Counted from the first letter of the whole stretch, positions 49,093-58,113 are shown. The stretch is DNA of 63,946 nucleotides, filler included, from 7 parts of 7 records of this genome joined end to end with filler, not necessarily neighbours in it; one strand, 5' to 3'. Made by a program: numbers and translations. The notes: generated from the sequence alone by a model not told the origin.

Positions 49093-49737
49093 TTACCAAA
49101 GTTGTGTGTCTTCTTGAGTAGCCTGCGGACCAGGCATGCCATATCCGAAGCCCGAATAGTCGGGGCTCATGTTTCCTGGGGCGTCAGCCGTGCCATCATG
49201 TCCTGTTCGGACACCTCTTGAATTGCGCATACCCATGGCCGATTTCCCGTAGGCTTTTTTTTCTTTTTCGAGTCTACGGAGGACTTCTACGGAAAGATCT
49301 ACGCCTTTCTTGATCCCCTCAATAGTTTTGATGGCTGGGATGATTTCTGGGTTGGATGCAAGAACAAATCCCAAGAGCATATCCTGAAAGCGGCTTTGTG
49401 CTTCATTTTTTGTATAATCAATGATGGCAACCGCGACTTTTTCAGTGGTTGTTAGCTCGCGGTGAGCGATCGGTTGTGGAGGGGTATCCGTCCATGGACT
49501 TTGCCAGCCGTGTTCCGGGTCCATAATGGGGACGCCTTCTATACCAGATGTCGGGGCCAGTGCTGGGCCTCGATTCTTATTCGAGCCTTTCAGGGCAGAA
49601 CCGTCACTTCCTCCACCTCCACCCCCACTATCGCATCCGCTTGCCAAGAGAGGTGTGGGGGCAGTCATGAAGAAAATAAACATGATGGCACCTGCGAACC
49701 AACAGGAGAGTGCTGTAAACTGTTGGGAGAAAGACAT
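49093..49737 (-). CDS. Secreted Gly-rich hypothetical protein (paralog A2)
   Basis: Signal-like N-terminus followed by SGCDSGGGGGGSDG; AGGAG RBS. Confidence 0.65.
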   Translation of the reverse strand: MSFSQQFTALSCWFAGAIMFIFFMTAPTPLLASGCDSGGGGGGSDGSALKGSNKNRGPALAPTSGIEGVPIMDPEHGWQSPWTDTPPQPIAHRELTTTEKVAVAIIDYTKNEAQSRFQDMLLGFVLASNPEIIPAIKTIEGIKKGVDLSVEVLRRLEKEKKAYGKSAMGMRNSRGVRTGHDGTADAPGNMSPDYSGFGYGMPGPQATQEDTQLW

Positions 49738-49835
49738 TTAAAGACTCCTTGTTGAAAAAAAGCTGCACCGCCAAAAATTGATATTATAGTTGTTTTTACG
49801 TTTATGTTTGTTGTTTTGTCTTTGAAGGAAAATAA

Positions 49836-49869
49836 ACAAAGGCGGTCCTATTATCGGGACCGCCTTTGT
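49836..49869 (-). terminator. Intrinsic terminator between the two modules
   Basis: 13-bp stem ACAAAGGCGGTCC/GGACCGCCTTTGT followed by TTATTTT on the minus strand. Confidence 0.75.
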
Positions 49870-49878
49870 AGGGAGCGA

Positions 49879-51180
49879 TTACAGTCCGGTTCCTTTGAAC
49901 AGGGCCTTTTGAACCCCGAGGCTCCATTGCCCTTTGGGAAAACCGTATTTGACGGCGAAGTTGTCCAGAGCCTGTTTGGTCAGAGGACCAAAGTTCTGGT
50001 CGATTTTGCCTTTATAGTAGCCAAGCTCCTTCAAGCGGACCTGCATGACCTTGACGTCTTCCGGGAAGACCGGGTTCAGGAACGCGCGCCCAGCACCCAG
50101 TGGTCCATCGGTAGAAGGTGCCTGCATTGCTGGGGCTGGTGCCGCAGGCATAGCGGGAGCTGGTGCGGCAGGCATAGCGGGAGCTGGTGCGGCTGGCATC
50201 GCAGGAGCTGGAGCCGAAGTTGCTGTGGCTGCGGCAGGTTGTGCGGTAACAGGAGCAGGAGGGGCTTCAGTGCGATCTTTTTTCACGTTGGCGAACTCAC
50301 CAACCACCACGGCTGGAAGATAACCTGTCGGGTCTTGTTTGTAGGTGACGCCCACGTAGAATCTACTTCTGCTTGAGCCGGGAGTAAACTCGCCACCCGC
50401 TATCAGAATACGCCAGCCAGAGTCGTTGATGGAAATTGCTTCGGCCAGTTTCGTGCCTGTGCCATATGCGCGGCTTGTTACTTTCATGGCCAGCGAGGAT
50501 TCCTGGAACAACCGATCTTTACAGAAGGTCATGATGAAGTATTTGGATTTGATGCCGGTTTTGGAACCATCTTCGCCATAGGTCATGGGTTCGGCGTTTT
50601 CAATGGCGAACAGGTAGTAGTCCATGTAACTGGTGAGTGTGGAAGCGACAGCCTTGAATGTCTTTTCTTTGACGAAGAATGTTTCCACTCTTGGAAAGTC
50701 CGGCGGGATGCCAACTACAACGGATTTGGTGATATTGACGGATCTTTTTGTCACCACGTACTGGGCTGCGTAATAGACGCCCGCACGACGGTTGATGACA
50801 TCCTTGAACAGGAATACGCCTTCAAGCATGACCAGAACTTCACCTTGATTGAGCACGGTGGTTTCGTACCCGGTCACGGCCACGTTTTGGACATCGAATC
50901 CCTCGTAATCAAATTCTTTTTCGCCAACGGCATGACGGCCAGCAGGATCGAAGGTGACATTTTCCACCGCGATTTTCCCACCGCGAAGGCGTTCGAGTAA
51001 AGCCGAAGTTACCAGCTTGATGTCATCGGGAGCCTGTTCCTGTTTGACGGGAATGACCTCGGGCGTCTGCACCTTTTTAGGTGGAGGCGGTGGAGGAGTT
51101 GAACCCAGACCATCCATTTTGCAGGCGGTCAGGGCAAGGCTGAACAATACCAGAATCGTGAGAATGGTATATTTGCGCAT
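49879..51180 (-). CDS. Lipoprotein with C-terminal peptidoglycan-binding-like domain (paralog B1)
   Basis: Lipobox LTAC after MRKYTILTILVLFSLA; Ala/Pro linker; PG_binding_1-like C-terminus. Confidence 0.78.
   Translation of the reverse strand: MRKYTILTILVLFSLALTACKMDGLGSTPPPPPPKKVQTPEVIPVKQEQAPDDIKLVTSALLERLRGGKIAVENVTFDPAGRHAVGEKEFDYEGFDVQNVAVTGYETTVLNQGEVLVMLEGVFLFKDVINRRAGVYYAAQYVVTKRSVNITKSVVVGIPPDFPRVETFFVKEKTFKAVASTLTSYMDYYLFAIENAEPMTYGEDGSKTGIKSKYFIMTFCKDRLFQESSLAMKVTSRAYGTGTKLAEAISINDSGWRILIAGGEFTPGSSRSRFYVGVTYKQDPTGYLPAVVVGEFANVKKDRTEAPPAPVTAQPAAATATSAPAPAMPAAPAPAMPAAPAPAMPAAPAPAMQAPSTDGPLGAGRAFLNPVFPEDVKVMQVRLKELGYYKGKIDQNFGPLTKQALDNFAVKYGFPKGQWSLGVQKALFKGTGL
50124..50214 (-). repeat. 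Intragenic 24-bp tandem repeat encoding (AAPAPAMP)n
   Basis: About four imperfect copies of GCAGGCATAGCGGGAGCTGGTGCG. Confidence 0.8.
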
Positions 51181-51219
51181 ATGAATTATTACCTTGTTTT
51201 TGGACTCGCGGTGCAAGCG

Positions 51220-52056
51220 TTAAATCTGAGGTGTGCCGCCGGCAATAGGACTGGCCGGAGCGGAAGACATGGGGTCAAACGTCGGATCAGGCGAGTAGTC
51301 AGGGACCGAGGCGCGGTTCTCGGCACCCAGTATGTTGGCTGCCTGCTCCATGGCTTTGCCGATGCCCTTTTCTGCTCCGTAGTCCACACCTTTTTTAGCA
51401 CCGTATCTGGCTATTGCCTTGACTGCGACAACTGTTGCGCGTTTACGGACTTTTTTTGTGATTGCGTTACGGGCCAGATTGATTCCAGCACGGGCTGTAG
51501 AGAATGCTTTGTCTGCGTTCATTGGCGAGAATTTACCAACGAGACCGGATGCGCCTCCGCCGATAACGATGCCTTTGACGATGTCACCGGGAGCTTTGCC
51601 GTCACGGTATGCGTTGGCACCACCTCGAGCTGCACCAAGTGCGGCCGCTGTAACCCAGCCTACGCCAGGAACAAAGGAGAGACCTTCCTGCGAGTACTCG
51701 CCAAGTTTGTCCAGGATTTCAAGCGTCTTGACGCAGGCATCCAACATGGCTGCTTCATTGTTGGCGGCGTTTGAGTTTTGCTCCAGAAAGACTTGGCGGA
51801 TAGTGAGTAAGTCTCGTTTTGTGATAGTCGAGCCAGTAAAAGCCGTTATCAAGGTGTCTTGCTGCGACGGATTGAGGTTCCCGAAGATGTCCACCAACTC
51901 ACTGGGTTTCCACGGATCGATTTTTAAATCTTTTGGTGGGCCTCCTACATCGCCGCCGCCTCCGCCGTAGGCAGAAGCCTCGGTCGGTGCAAGGAGCAGA
52001 GTGAGTGCGAGCAGGAACGCCACGACCCCATGCATACCTCTTGTCGTTTTTGACAT
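51220..52056 (-). CDS. Secreted Gly/Ala-rich helical hypothetical protein (paralog A1)
   Basis: Sec signal ending ASA, then YGGGGGD; hydrophobic VPGVGWVTAAALGAARGG segment; GGAG RBS. Confidence 0.7.
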   Translation of the reverse strand: MSKTTRGMHGVVAFLLALTLLLAPTEASAYGGGGGDVGGPPKDLKIDPWKPSELVDIFGNLNPSQQDTLITAFTGSTITKRDLLTIRQVFLEQNSNAANNEAAMLDACVKTLEILDKLGEYSQEGLSFVPGVGWVTAAALGAARGGANAYRDGKAPGDIVKGIVIGGGASGLVGKFSPMNADKAFSTARAGINLARNAITKKVRKRATVVAVKAIARYGAKKGVDYGAEKGIGKAMEQAANILGAENRASVPDYSPDPTFDPMSSAPASPIAGGTPQI

Positions 52057-52080
52057 GGTTATCTCCCGATTTGTTATAAG

Positions 52081-53724
52081 TTATCTGCCGTCTATAGCCA
52101 TGGAATTTCCCTTTGCCCCCTCTGGGTCGGCAAGCTCCATAGTCTTTTGAACTACACTGTTGTCCGGCACGAATTCCGGGACCATGGCCGCCAGCTCCGG
52201 GTGGCTGAATCTGAACAGGCGTATGGCTGGGCTGGACTCTCCATTGTCATTGATGTGTGTGAGATAAATTTCAGTATATGGAGAATTGTCTTTTGAGGAA
52301 AAGGCGAGCCAGCGAGAATTTGGCGACCAACTGTGCCAGGAATTCATGAGGTTCGTATTGGCTTTGAGTACGCGAGGAGAGCCTCCCTTGGCAGGAATAA
52401 TGACCAATCGGCTGTCTGGCTGGAGCACCAATCCGGTTTTGCATTGAGTGAATACAAGCCATTTCCCGTCCGGTGAATAGCGGGGGAAGAAATTGCTCAT
52501 ATGATTGTGGGATGCACCCTGAATAGGTGTGGCAGTGCCACCTTTGCCATTGTTGAAAGGGATAGAATAGAGATCGAATTGCATGGGGTATTTATCATTG
52601 GCATCAAGAATGGTTTGCGAGGAGTCTTCGTTACGAAGTTTGCCGTTTTTGATGTCTTTTACAAGGTTGGGTTTGACTGTAGCTCTGGCAAAAGCCATCT
52701 GTTGGCCGTCCGCTGTAAAGGCTGGATTGGTTTGCACCATTGAAAGATCATTTGCGCCATTTAAAGGCAGGACTTGTTCTGTTGTGCGGTCGTAAAAGGC
52801 GATTATACCGGTTGCAGGATAAAACATTTGTGAGAAATGGAGGTCGTCGAGCATGATGAATGCCGATGATTCTCCGACCGTGGAGGCGGCATAACGGCCA
52901 TTTGGAGAGAATGTTGTGAAGAGGCCCATGCTATATTGGGAAGGGCCGGGCGCCTTATAGTCGTTCCAAGAAATAATGTCGTCATCGGTGATTGAAATCG
53001 TTTTTGATATGTCCACCAAGACATATCCACCTTTATCTCCCTTGTAATCCATATCCATGCCATACGTTTTCCCGTTTGCGGAATAAGCGTGGCAGTTGAA
53101 ACAGATGGGTTGATCCTGCAGGATTATCCTTGGCCTGCCGAAGGATGAAAGGTCTCCTATGGCTATCTGACTGTCGTGAGGATTATCTTTGGCTTTTTTG
53201 AATGGCAGGCGTTTTCTCAAAAATCCGATATGTGAACCGACTTGGTCTTTGGATATTGCAAAGGAGGTTTTCCCTATGGAGTCGAGTGTGCCTGAGGGGC
53301 TGATGCCATATACACTCACTTGGATAGAGGCGTTTCCGGCTGTGGATTTGATCTGTTTCCAGAGAGTTTGGTTCGGAATCCAGTATGGAGTGTCGATAAT
53401 GCCACGACAAAGGGGGGTGTCGTTTGCTGACAAGGCAATAAGCCATGTCGTGTGCAAGGCGTCATTCCATCGGATAATGGGCGATGCTGCATCAGCCGGG
53501 ACCAAGGCTCCGGGGAGGGGCTCCAGTACGGGGATTGTGGAGGGCGATTCGTCAAGCGAAAATGAGCCTATCCACTCTTTGAGAGTCTGTTTTGGAGGAA
53601 GTTTGACATCAATTGATCGGAAGAGAGGATATGCGAATATTGGTTGAGCGAAGAAGACAGTTGCCATTATGCAAGCAGTGAGCAGAAAGGAATAATACCG
53701 GGAGAGGCGCAGGCGTTTCGTCAT
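52081..53724 (-). CDS. Exported TolB-like/PD40 beta-propeller protein with one CxxCH motif
   Basis: Signal-like N-terminus; CFNCH; repeats FSPNGRY, PAFTADG, PRYSPDGKWLVF, HSWSPNSRWLAF. Confidence 0.8.
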   Translation of the reverse strand: MTKRLRLSRYYSFLLTACIMATVFFAQPIFAYPLFRSIDVKLPPKQTLKEWIGSFSLDESPSTIPVLEPLPGALVPADAASPIIRWNDALHTTWLIALSANDTPLCRGIIDTPYWIPNQTLWKQIKSTAGNASIQVSVYGISPSGTLDSIGKTSFAISKDQVGSHIGFLRKRLPFKKAKDNPHDSQIAIGDLSSFGRPRIILQDQPICFNCHAYSANGKTYGMDMDYKGDKGGYVLVDISKTISITDDDIISWNDYKAPGPSQYSMGLFTTFSPNGRYAASTVGESSAFIMLDDLHFSQMFYPATGIIAFYDRTTEQVLPLNGANDLSMVQTNPAFTADGQQMAFARATVKPNLVKDIKNGKLRNEDSSQTILDANDKYPMQFDLYSIPFNNGKGGTATPIQGASHNHMSNFFPRYSPDGKWLVFTQCKTGLVLQPDSRLVIIPAKGGSPRVLKANTNLMNSWHSWSPNSRWLAFSSKDNSPYTEIYLTHINDNGESSPAIRLFRFSHPELAAMVPEFVPDNSVVQKTMELADPEGAKGNSMAIDGR

Positions 53725-53860
53725 AGTATCACCGAGTAAAAAATCTATATTGAGATTTACACAGTAACCCGGTGTGGAAAATATGGCAAGTTTTCCCTCT
53801 TTTTGCTCGACGTTTGGTCAAGAAAAAGAAGCATGGGGAGAACGTTGAAAAAACGGAATA

Positions 53861-54130
53861 TTATTTGATGTAGTTGGGCAGATTCAGAAAAAGATTCGTT
53901 GTATAGGATACCATTTTATCCATGATCCATGGGAATGCTATGAGGAGGGCGAGAAAGATTGCGACAATCTTCGGGACCATGGTCAGGGTCATTTCCTGAA
54001 TTTGGGTGGCAGCCTGAATGATGGAAATGATAATACCAACTACCATGCCGATGCCGAGCATGGGGAGGGAAATGATCAAGGTCATCTCAATGGCTTGTCG
54101 GGCAAAGCCGACCACAAATTCCGGAGTCAT
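53861..54130 (-). CDS. fliQ: Flagellar export protein FliQ
   Basis: QAATQIQEMTLT.VPKI. Confidence 0.95.
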   Translation of the reverse strand: MTPEFVVGFARQAIEMTLIISLPMLGIGMVVGIIISIIQAATQIQEMTLTMVPKIVAIFLALLIAFPWIMDKMVSYTTNLFLNLPNYIK

Positions 54131-54167
54131 ACGACGCACTACTCCCAGGGAAGGCTTTTGTGTCCCG

Positions 54168-54935
54168 TCACTGGAACGTGTTGACCAAAGAACCTACGAG
54201 CAGGTTCCAGCCGTCGATAAGAATAAACAACAAGATTTTAAATGGCAGCGAGATCATGACCGGTGGCAACATCATCATACCCATGGCGAGCAGGATTGAG
54301 GCAACGACCATGTCCAGAATCAGGAACGGGATGTAGATCAGAAAGCCGATGGTGAAACCGGTTTTGAGTTCTGAAATGGTGTAGGCGGCAATCAACATTA
54401 GGGTGTTTACGTCCTCTTTGGTCTGGGGACGGTCTTCCTTGGTGATTGAGTAGAATATGGACAGGTCTTTTTCGCGGGTATGTTTGAACATGAATTCGCG
54501 GATGGGAACCTGTGCTCTGTCCAAGGCTTCTTTAAAATTGATTTGCTCATTCATGTATGGCTGGAGCGCTGTGTTGTTTACAGCTTTTCCCACGGGCATC
54601 ATGATGACCAGCGTCATAAATATGGCCAGTCCTGCCAACACCTGATTGGGCGGCATTTGCTGCGTTCCCATGGCCTGACGAATGAAGTGAAAAACGATGA
54701 TGATGCGAGTGAACGACGTCATGGTCAGCATGATCGCCGGGGCCATGGACAAAACGGTGAGCAGGAATAAAATTTCGAGTAGGGTGGATACTTCAGCCGG
54801 GTCTGCCTGTCCTGCGGCCAGCTCCATGGTCAATTTAGGAATGGTTGGAGCTTGTCCGAAAGCCAGAGCAGGGAGGAGGACGCCAGCAAGAGCGATCAGG
54901 ATGAATGCCGTTATCCGGCCCCTGTTACTCTTCAT
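54168..54935 (-). CDS. fliP: Flagellar export protein FliP
   Basis: TSFTRIIIV, QQMPPNQVL, MGMMMLPP..ISLPFK.LLF.LIDGW. Confidence 0.96.
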   Translation of the reverse strand: MKSNRGRITAFILIALAGVLLPALAFGQAPTIPKLTMELAAGQADPAEVSTLLEILFLLTVLSMAPAIMLTMTSFTRIIIVFHFIRQAMGTQQMPPNQVLAGLAIFMTLVIMMPVGKAVNNTALQPYMNEQINFKEALDRAQVPIREFMFKHTREKDLSIFYSITKEDRPQTKEDVNTLMLIAAYTISELKTGFTIGFLIYIPFLILDMVVASILLAMGMMMLPPVMISLPFKILLFILIDGWNLLVGSLVNTFQ

Positions 54936-55314
54936 TGTCGGTGCTCCTCTTCAGGAATGATGCAAAACTCTTTACTGGTGTGACAGGTCCGTGTTGCGAA
55001 CTGTCCGCTTCTTCTTCGCTGAGCAGGGAAATACTGTTGTCAGTCACGCCGAGCAGTAAATCCTTGTCTCGATACCTGACCACGGCCAGGGATTGACGAT
55101 TGCCGAGCATGAGTCGGCTGATCAGGCGTGGTCCATTTTGACCGGACGAGAATGCCGCAGGAACACCGAAGCGTTTAAGCAGGTAGTAGGCCAAAAAGAT
55201 GACGCCGAGCAGAAGAAACAGATAACCGGCAGTGGTCAGGATAGTTGTCCCGGAATCCACGGCTGGCAACTGCATGGGGGCTGCCACTGTTTCTGCGACG
55301 GTCGTGTTAGCCAA
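54925..55314 (-). CDS. fliO: Flagellar protein FliO
   Basis: Single TM, LG.RQSL.VV....K.LLLGVT...ISLL; lies between fliN and fliP. Confidence 0.85.
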   Translation of the reverse strand: MANTTVAETVAAPMQLPAVDSGTTILTTAGYLFLLLGVIFLAYYLLKRFGVPAAFSSGQNGPRLISRLMLGNRQSLAVVRYRDKDLLLGVTDNSISLLSEEEADSSQHGPVTPVKSFASFLKRSTDNEE

Positions 55315-55876
55315 GTTGCTTCACTCGTTCGATGGGGCTGATAATATCTGTCAGCCGGATACCGAACTTTTCGTTGATGACAACGGCTTCGCCACGGGCG
55401 ACCAATTTGCCGTTGACGTAAATTTCAAGAGGCTCACCAGCCAGCTTGTTCAATTCCACGACTGAACCCTGACCCAATTGGAGCAGTTCGTTGATGAGCA
55501 GTTTTGTGCGTCCGAGTTCGGCGGAAACTTCCAGAGGGATATCCAGAATGAAGTCCAGATCGCGTTTGCCCGAAGAGCTGCCGGCCTTGGCGTCTGCGCC
55601 CATATCGGGAAGCTCGTAGTCGTGGGTCTGCGTGGAAAGGAAAGCCTGTTCCTTTTCGTGCTTGACCTCTTCCTGTTCGGTGTCGGCCAGAGCCGCAGCC
55701 CATTCGTCTGCAAGGGCTTCGTCATCCTGTCCAACGTCGGCACTGCCTGCATCTGAGGGATCGGTGATGTTTTCCAATCCACCAAGCGGATCGTCGGAGT
55801 CGACGGATGCATCTCCATCGCCATCCAGCAGGGCGTCGGCCCATTCCTGTGCAAGTTTATCTTGATCTTCAGCCAT
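55307..55876 (-). CDS. fliN: Flagellar motor switch protein FliN
   Basis: LDIPLEVSAELGRT, LAGEPLEI.VNG..VARGE.VV..EKFGIRLT. Confidence 0.95.
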   Translation of the reverse strand: MAEDQDKLAQEWADALLDGDGDASVDSDDPLGGLENITDPSDAGSADVGQDDEALADEWAAALADTEQEEVKHEKEQAFLSTQTHDYELPDMGADAKAGSSSGKRDLDFILDIPLEVSAELGRTKLLINELLQLGQGSVVELNKLAGEPLEIYVNGKLVARGEAVVINEKFGIRLTDIISPIERVKQLG

Positions 55877-55961
55877 ATCTCTTACCTCGCGAAAAAAGGT
55901 GTTCACCAGTAGTGGCCGTCAAAAAAAGCGACGGTCCGAAACGGGAATTGCAAGAAGCGTG

Positions 55962-56456
55962 CTACTGGATAACCATTTCCGTTATATAGACCCTGAGCAC
56001 ACTGCCATTTCCGAGTATCTGGTTCAGCCTGTCAGCGATTTCCTGTTTGAGTTCAACTTTGGCTTTCATGGTGGAGAGACCATCATATGTCTTGCTTGAA
56101 AGCAGCAGGAGCAAGGTATCTTTAACCTTGGCTTCATATTTTGCCAGAGCAGCCTGCGCGTCAGCATCGCGAACTTCAACTTCAACACCGAGTTTGAGGT
56201 ATCTGCGGCCAAGCGGGTCGGCGAGGTTTACCAGAAAGACCGGCAGTGGCACGAGTTGGCCTTCCAAGTCTTCCAGCGGGGCCTGTGCATCGGTTGTTTC
56301 TTCACTGGTGGCTTCGTCATCTGGCGCGGCAAAAAACATGGTATATCCGAAGTATCCGCCAACACCCAGAGCAATCAGCACCACAAGGATGATGATCCAC
56401 TTGAGCATTCCGCCTTTTTTCTTCCCTTCTTCCTGCGTCAGTTCTTCATCAGCCAT
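55962..56456 (-). CDS. fliL: Flagellar basal body protein FliL
   Basis: N-terminal TM, FLVNLAD..GRRYLK, VYITEMVIQ. Confidence 0.92.
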   Translation of the reverse strand: MADEELTQEEGKKKGGMLKWIIILVVLIALGVGGYFGYTMFFAAPDDEATSEETTDAQAPLEDLEGQLVPLPVFLVNLADPLGRRYLKLGVEVEVRDADAQAALAKYEAKVKDTLLLLLSSKTYDGLSTMKAKVELKQEIADRLNQILGNGSVLRVYITEMVIQ

Positions 56457-56530
56457 ATCGGCCACCTTTCTTTTCTTGTTGTGTGGTTTCTATATCGCCA
56501 AATGGGGCATTTTTCCAGACAAACTTTAGA

Positions 56531-57256
56531 CTACTGGTAGCCACCAATTGGCCGTGCGGTTTTCAGAAGTATCTCTACGCGGCGGTTTTTGGGAGACTCC
56601 ACGGGAAAGCCTCGCTCATTTACCACCGGGAAATTGCCACCATAGGCTGAGATCGAAAAACGTTTATTCGGGACGCCGAGGTCCACGAGATATGCGAGCA
56701 CTGCCAGAGCGCGGTCTCCTGAAAGTTGCAGTGGAGTTTCCGCGTTGTCGCTCGTGTCAGTATATCCGGCAACGTTAATAGGGGCTACGGTGTGGGTCAT
56801 CATGGGAACAAGCCGTGAAATAAGGAATTGTCCTTTGTCGGACAGCTCACTGGTGCCGGGGGAGAACAGGATGCCGTCGGTAAAGACTAGAGCGACACCG
56901 TCGGGTTTGGCAAGGACATCGAGATTTGTGTCGAGGTCGGATTTGTCGATTTCTTCGGGCAGGGTGTCATCCGGGAATAGCAGGTCCTTGATGCGATCCT
57001 TTTTATCCAGCACTTCCCATGGTTTTTCCATGAGGTCGATAACCATTCGATCCTTGACTGAAATTCGACCAGAGCCTCGCTTGTCTAGCAGACCGAGGTC
57101 GGCGGTCGTCAGGGTCACAGTGGTCAAAATAGCGTTGTCCATTGAGGCCATCGTTAGCAGCAGCACGAAAAAAGTGAGCAACAGGGTCATCAGGTCCGAG
57201 AACGTGACGAGCCAAAGCGCCAAAGGCGGGCATATTTCTTTTTTCTTTTTGCCCAT
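56531..57256 (-). CDS. motB: Stator protein MotB (second copy)
   Basis: WLVTFSDLMTLLLTFFVLL plus OmpA-like domain (NRRVEI). Confidence 0.88.
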   Translation of the reverse strand: MGKKKKEICPPLALWLVTFSDLMTLLLTFFVLLLTMASMDNAILTTVTLTTADLGLLDKRGSGRISVKDRMVIDLMEKPWEVLDKKDRIKDLLFPDDTLPEEIDKSDLDTNLDVLAKPDGVALVFTDGILFSPGTSELSDKGQFLISRLVPMMTHTVAPINVAGYTDTSDNAETPLQLSGDRALAVLAYLVDLGVPNKRFSISAYGGNFPVVNERGFPVESPKNRRVEILLKTARPIGGYQ

Positions 57257-57258
57257 TC

Positions 57259-58080
57259 CTACTCCAACTCTTTCGGGGTGGAGACATCGAATTCGAAGCC
57301 GTCCACCTTCAGGGTGTCGGTCCGTTTCTCTTCAACGGGAGCGGCTTGGATGATTTGTTCGCCCAACTGGTTGGAGCGTTTATCGAGGACAATGTCCACG
57401 CGTCTGTTGCGGCTGCGATTTTCTGCTGTATTTTGTGGGTAATGGGGTCGGAATTTACCAAAGGCTTCAACCCTGAGCATGTCAGGACTCAATCCGTTGT
57501 CCAACAGATATTGATAGATGGCAAGAGAGCGATTCAAGGAAAGTTTCCATGAAAGGTCGGGATTTTGTTGAGCGTCATCAGGTTGATAATCGAGACCGAA
57601 TTCATCCCGAAGTGTTGAGGTGTGCCCGGCAAGAAGTAGCGGATAGCGCACTTGTTGTAGCATGGGCAGAAAGCCGTTCAAGGTTTCAATGCCTTCCGGG
57701 GAAAGGGTGAAACCGTCCGGGCCGAACAGGAGTCTGGCGTTGATACTCAGGATTTGAACGAACCGGTTCGAGCGGAAGTTTATATCGTCATCAATATTTT
57801 CCCACTTGAGTTCCTTGAGCGGCTCAAGGTCCCCTGAATCCATGGGGCCGGGTTCAACTGTTTTTTTGTTGTCTTTTTTGGAAAAAACTTCATAGCTGGC
57901 TTCGTTGAAGCCGAATGTGCCGATGATGGAACCAAGGGCGACAAGTTTGCGTCGTTGGTCCACGGTGGACATGGAGACCAACAGGATGAAGAACGTCAGC
58001 ATCAGCGTCATGACGTCCGCGAATGTAACCATCCACGGGGGAATCTCTTCGCAAACGAGCTTTTTTTCTTTTTTGGCCAT
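57259..58080 (-). CDS. motB: Stator protein MotB (first copy)
   Basis: WMVTFADVMTLMLTFFILL plus OmpA-like domain (NRRVDI). Confidence 0.9.
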   Translation of the reverse strand: MAKKEKKLVCEEIPPWMVTFADVMTLMLTFFILLVSMSTVDQRRKLVALGSIIGTFGFNEASYEVFSKKDNKKTVEPGPMDSGDLEPLKELKWENIDDDINFRSNRFVQILSINARLLFGPDGFTLSPEGIETLNGFLPMLQQVRYPLLLAGHTSTLRDEFGLDYQPDDAQQNPDLSWKLSLNRSLAIYQYLLDNGLSPDMLRVEAFGKFRPHYPQNTAENRSRNRRVDIVLDKRSNQLGEQIIQAAPVEEKRTDTLKVDGFEFDVSTPKELE

Positions 58081-58113
58081 GACGTGGTCCTCGGGCCTTG
58101 CGGCAACGTGTCT

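Noticed and set aside
50124-50214. CRISPR-like periodicity here and at 36175-36260
   Set aside because: The first is an in-frame coding tandem repeat without spacers, the second has only two imperfect copies, and no cas genes are present.
55949-55964. Sigma54-like site TAGCAC-N5-TTGCA upstream of fliN (minus strand)
   Set aside because: The invariant GG of the -24 element is missing (AG, part of the fliL stop codon); not supportable without data.
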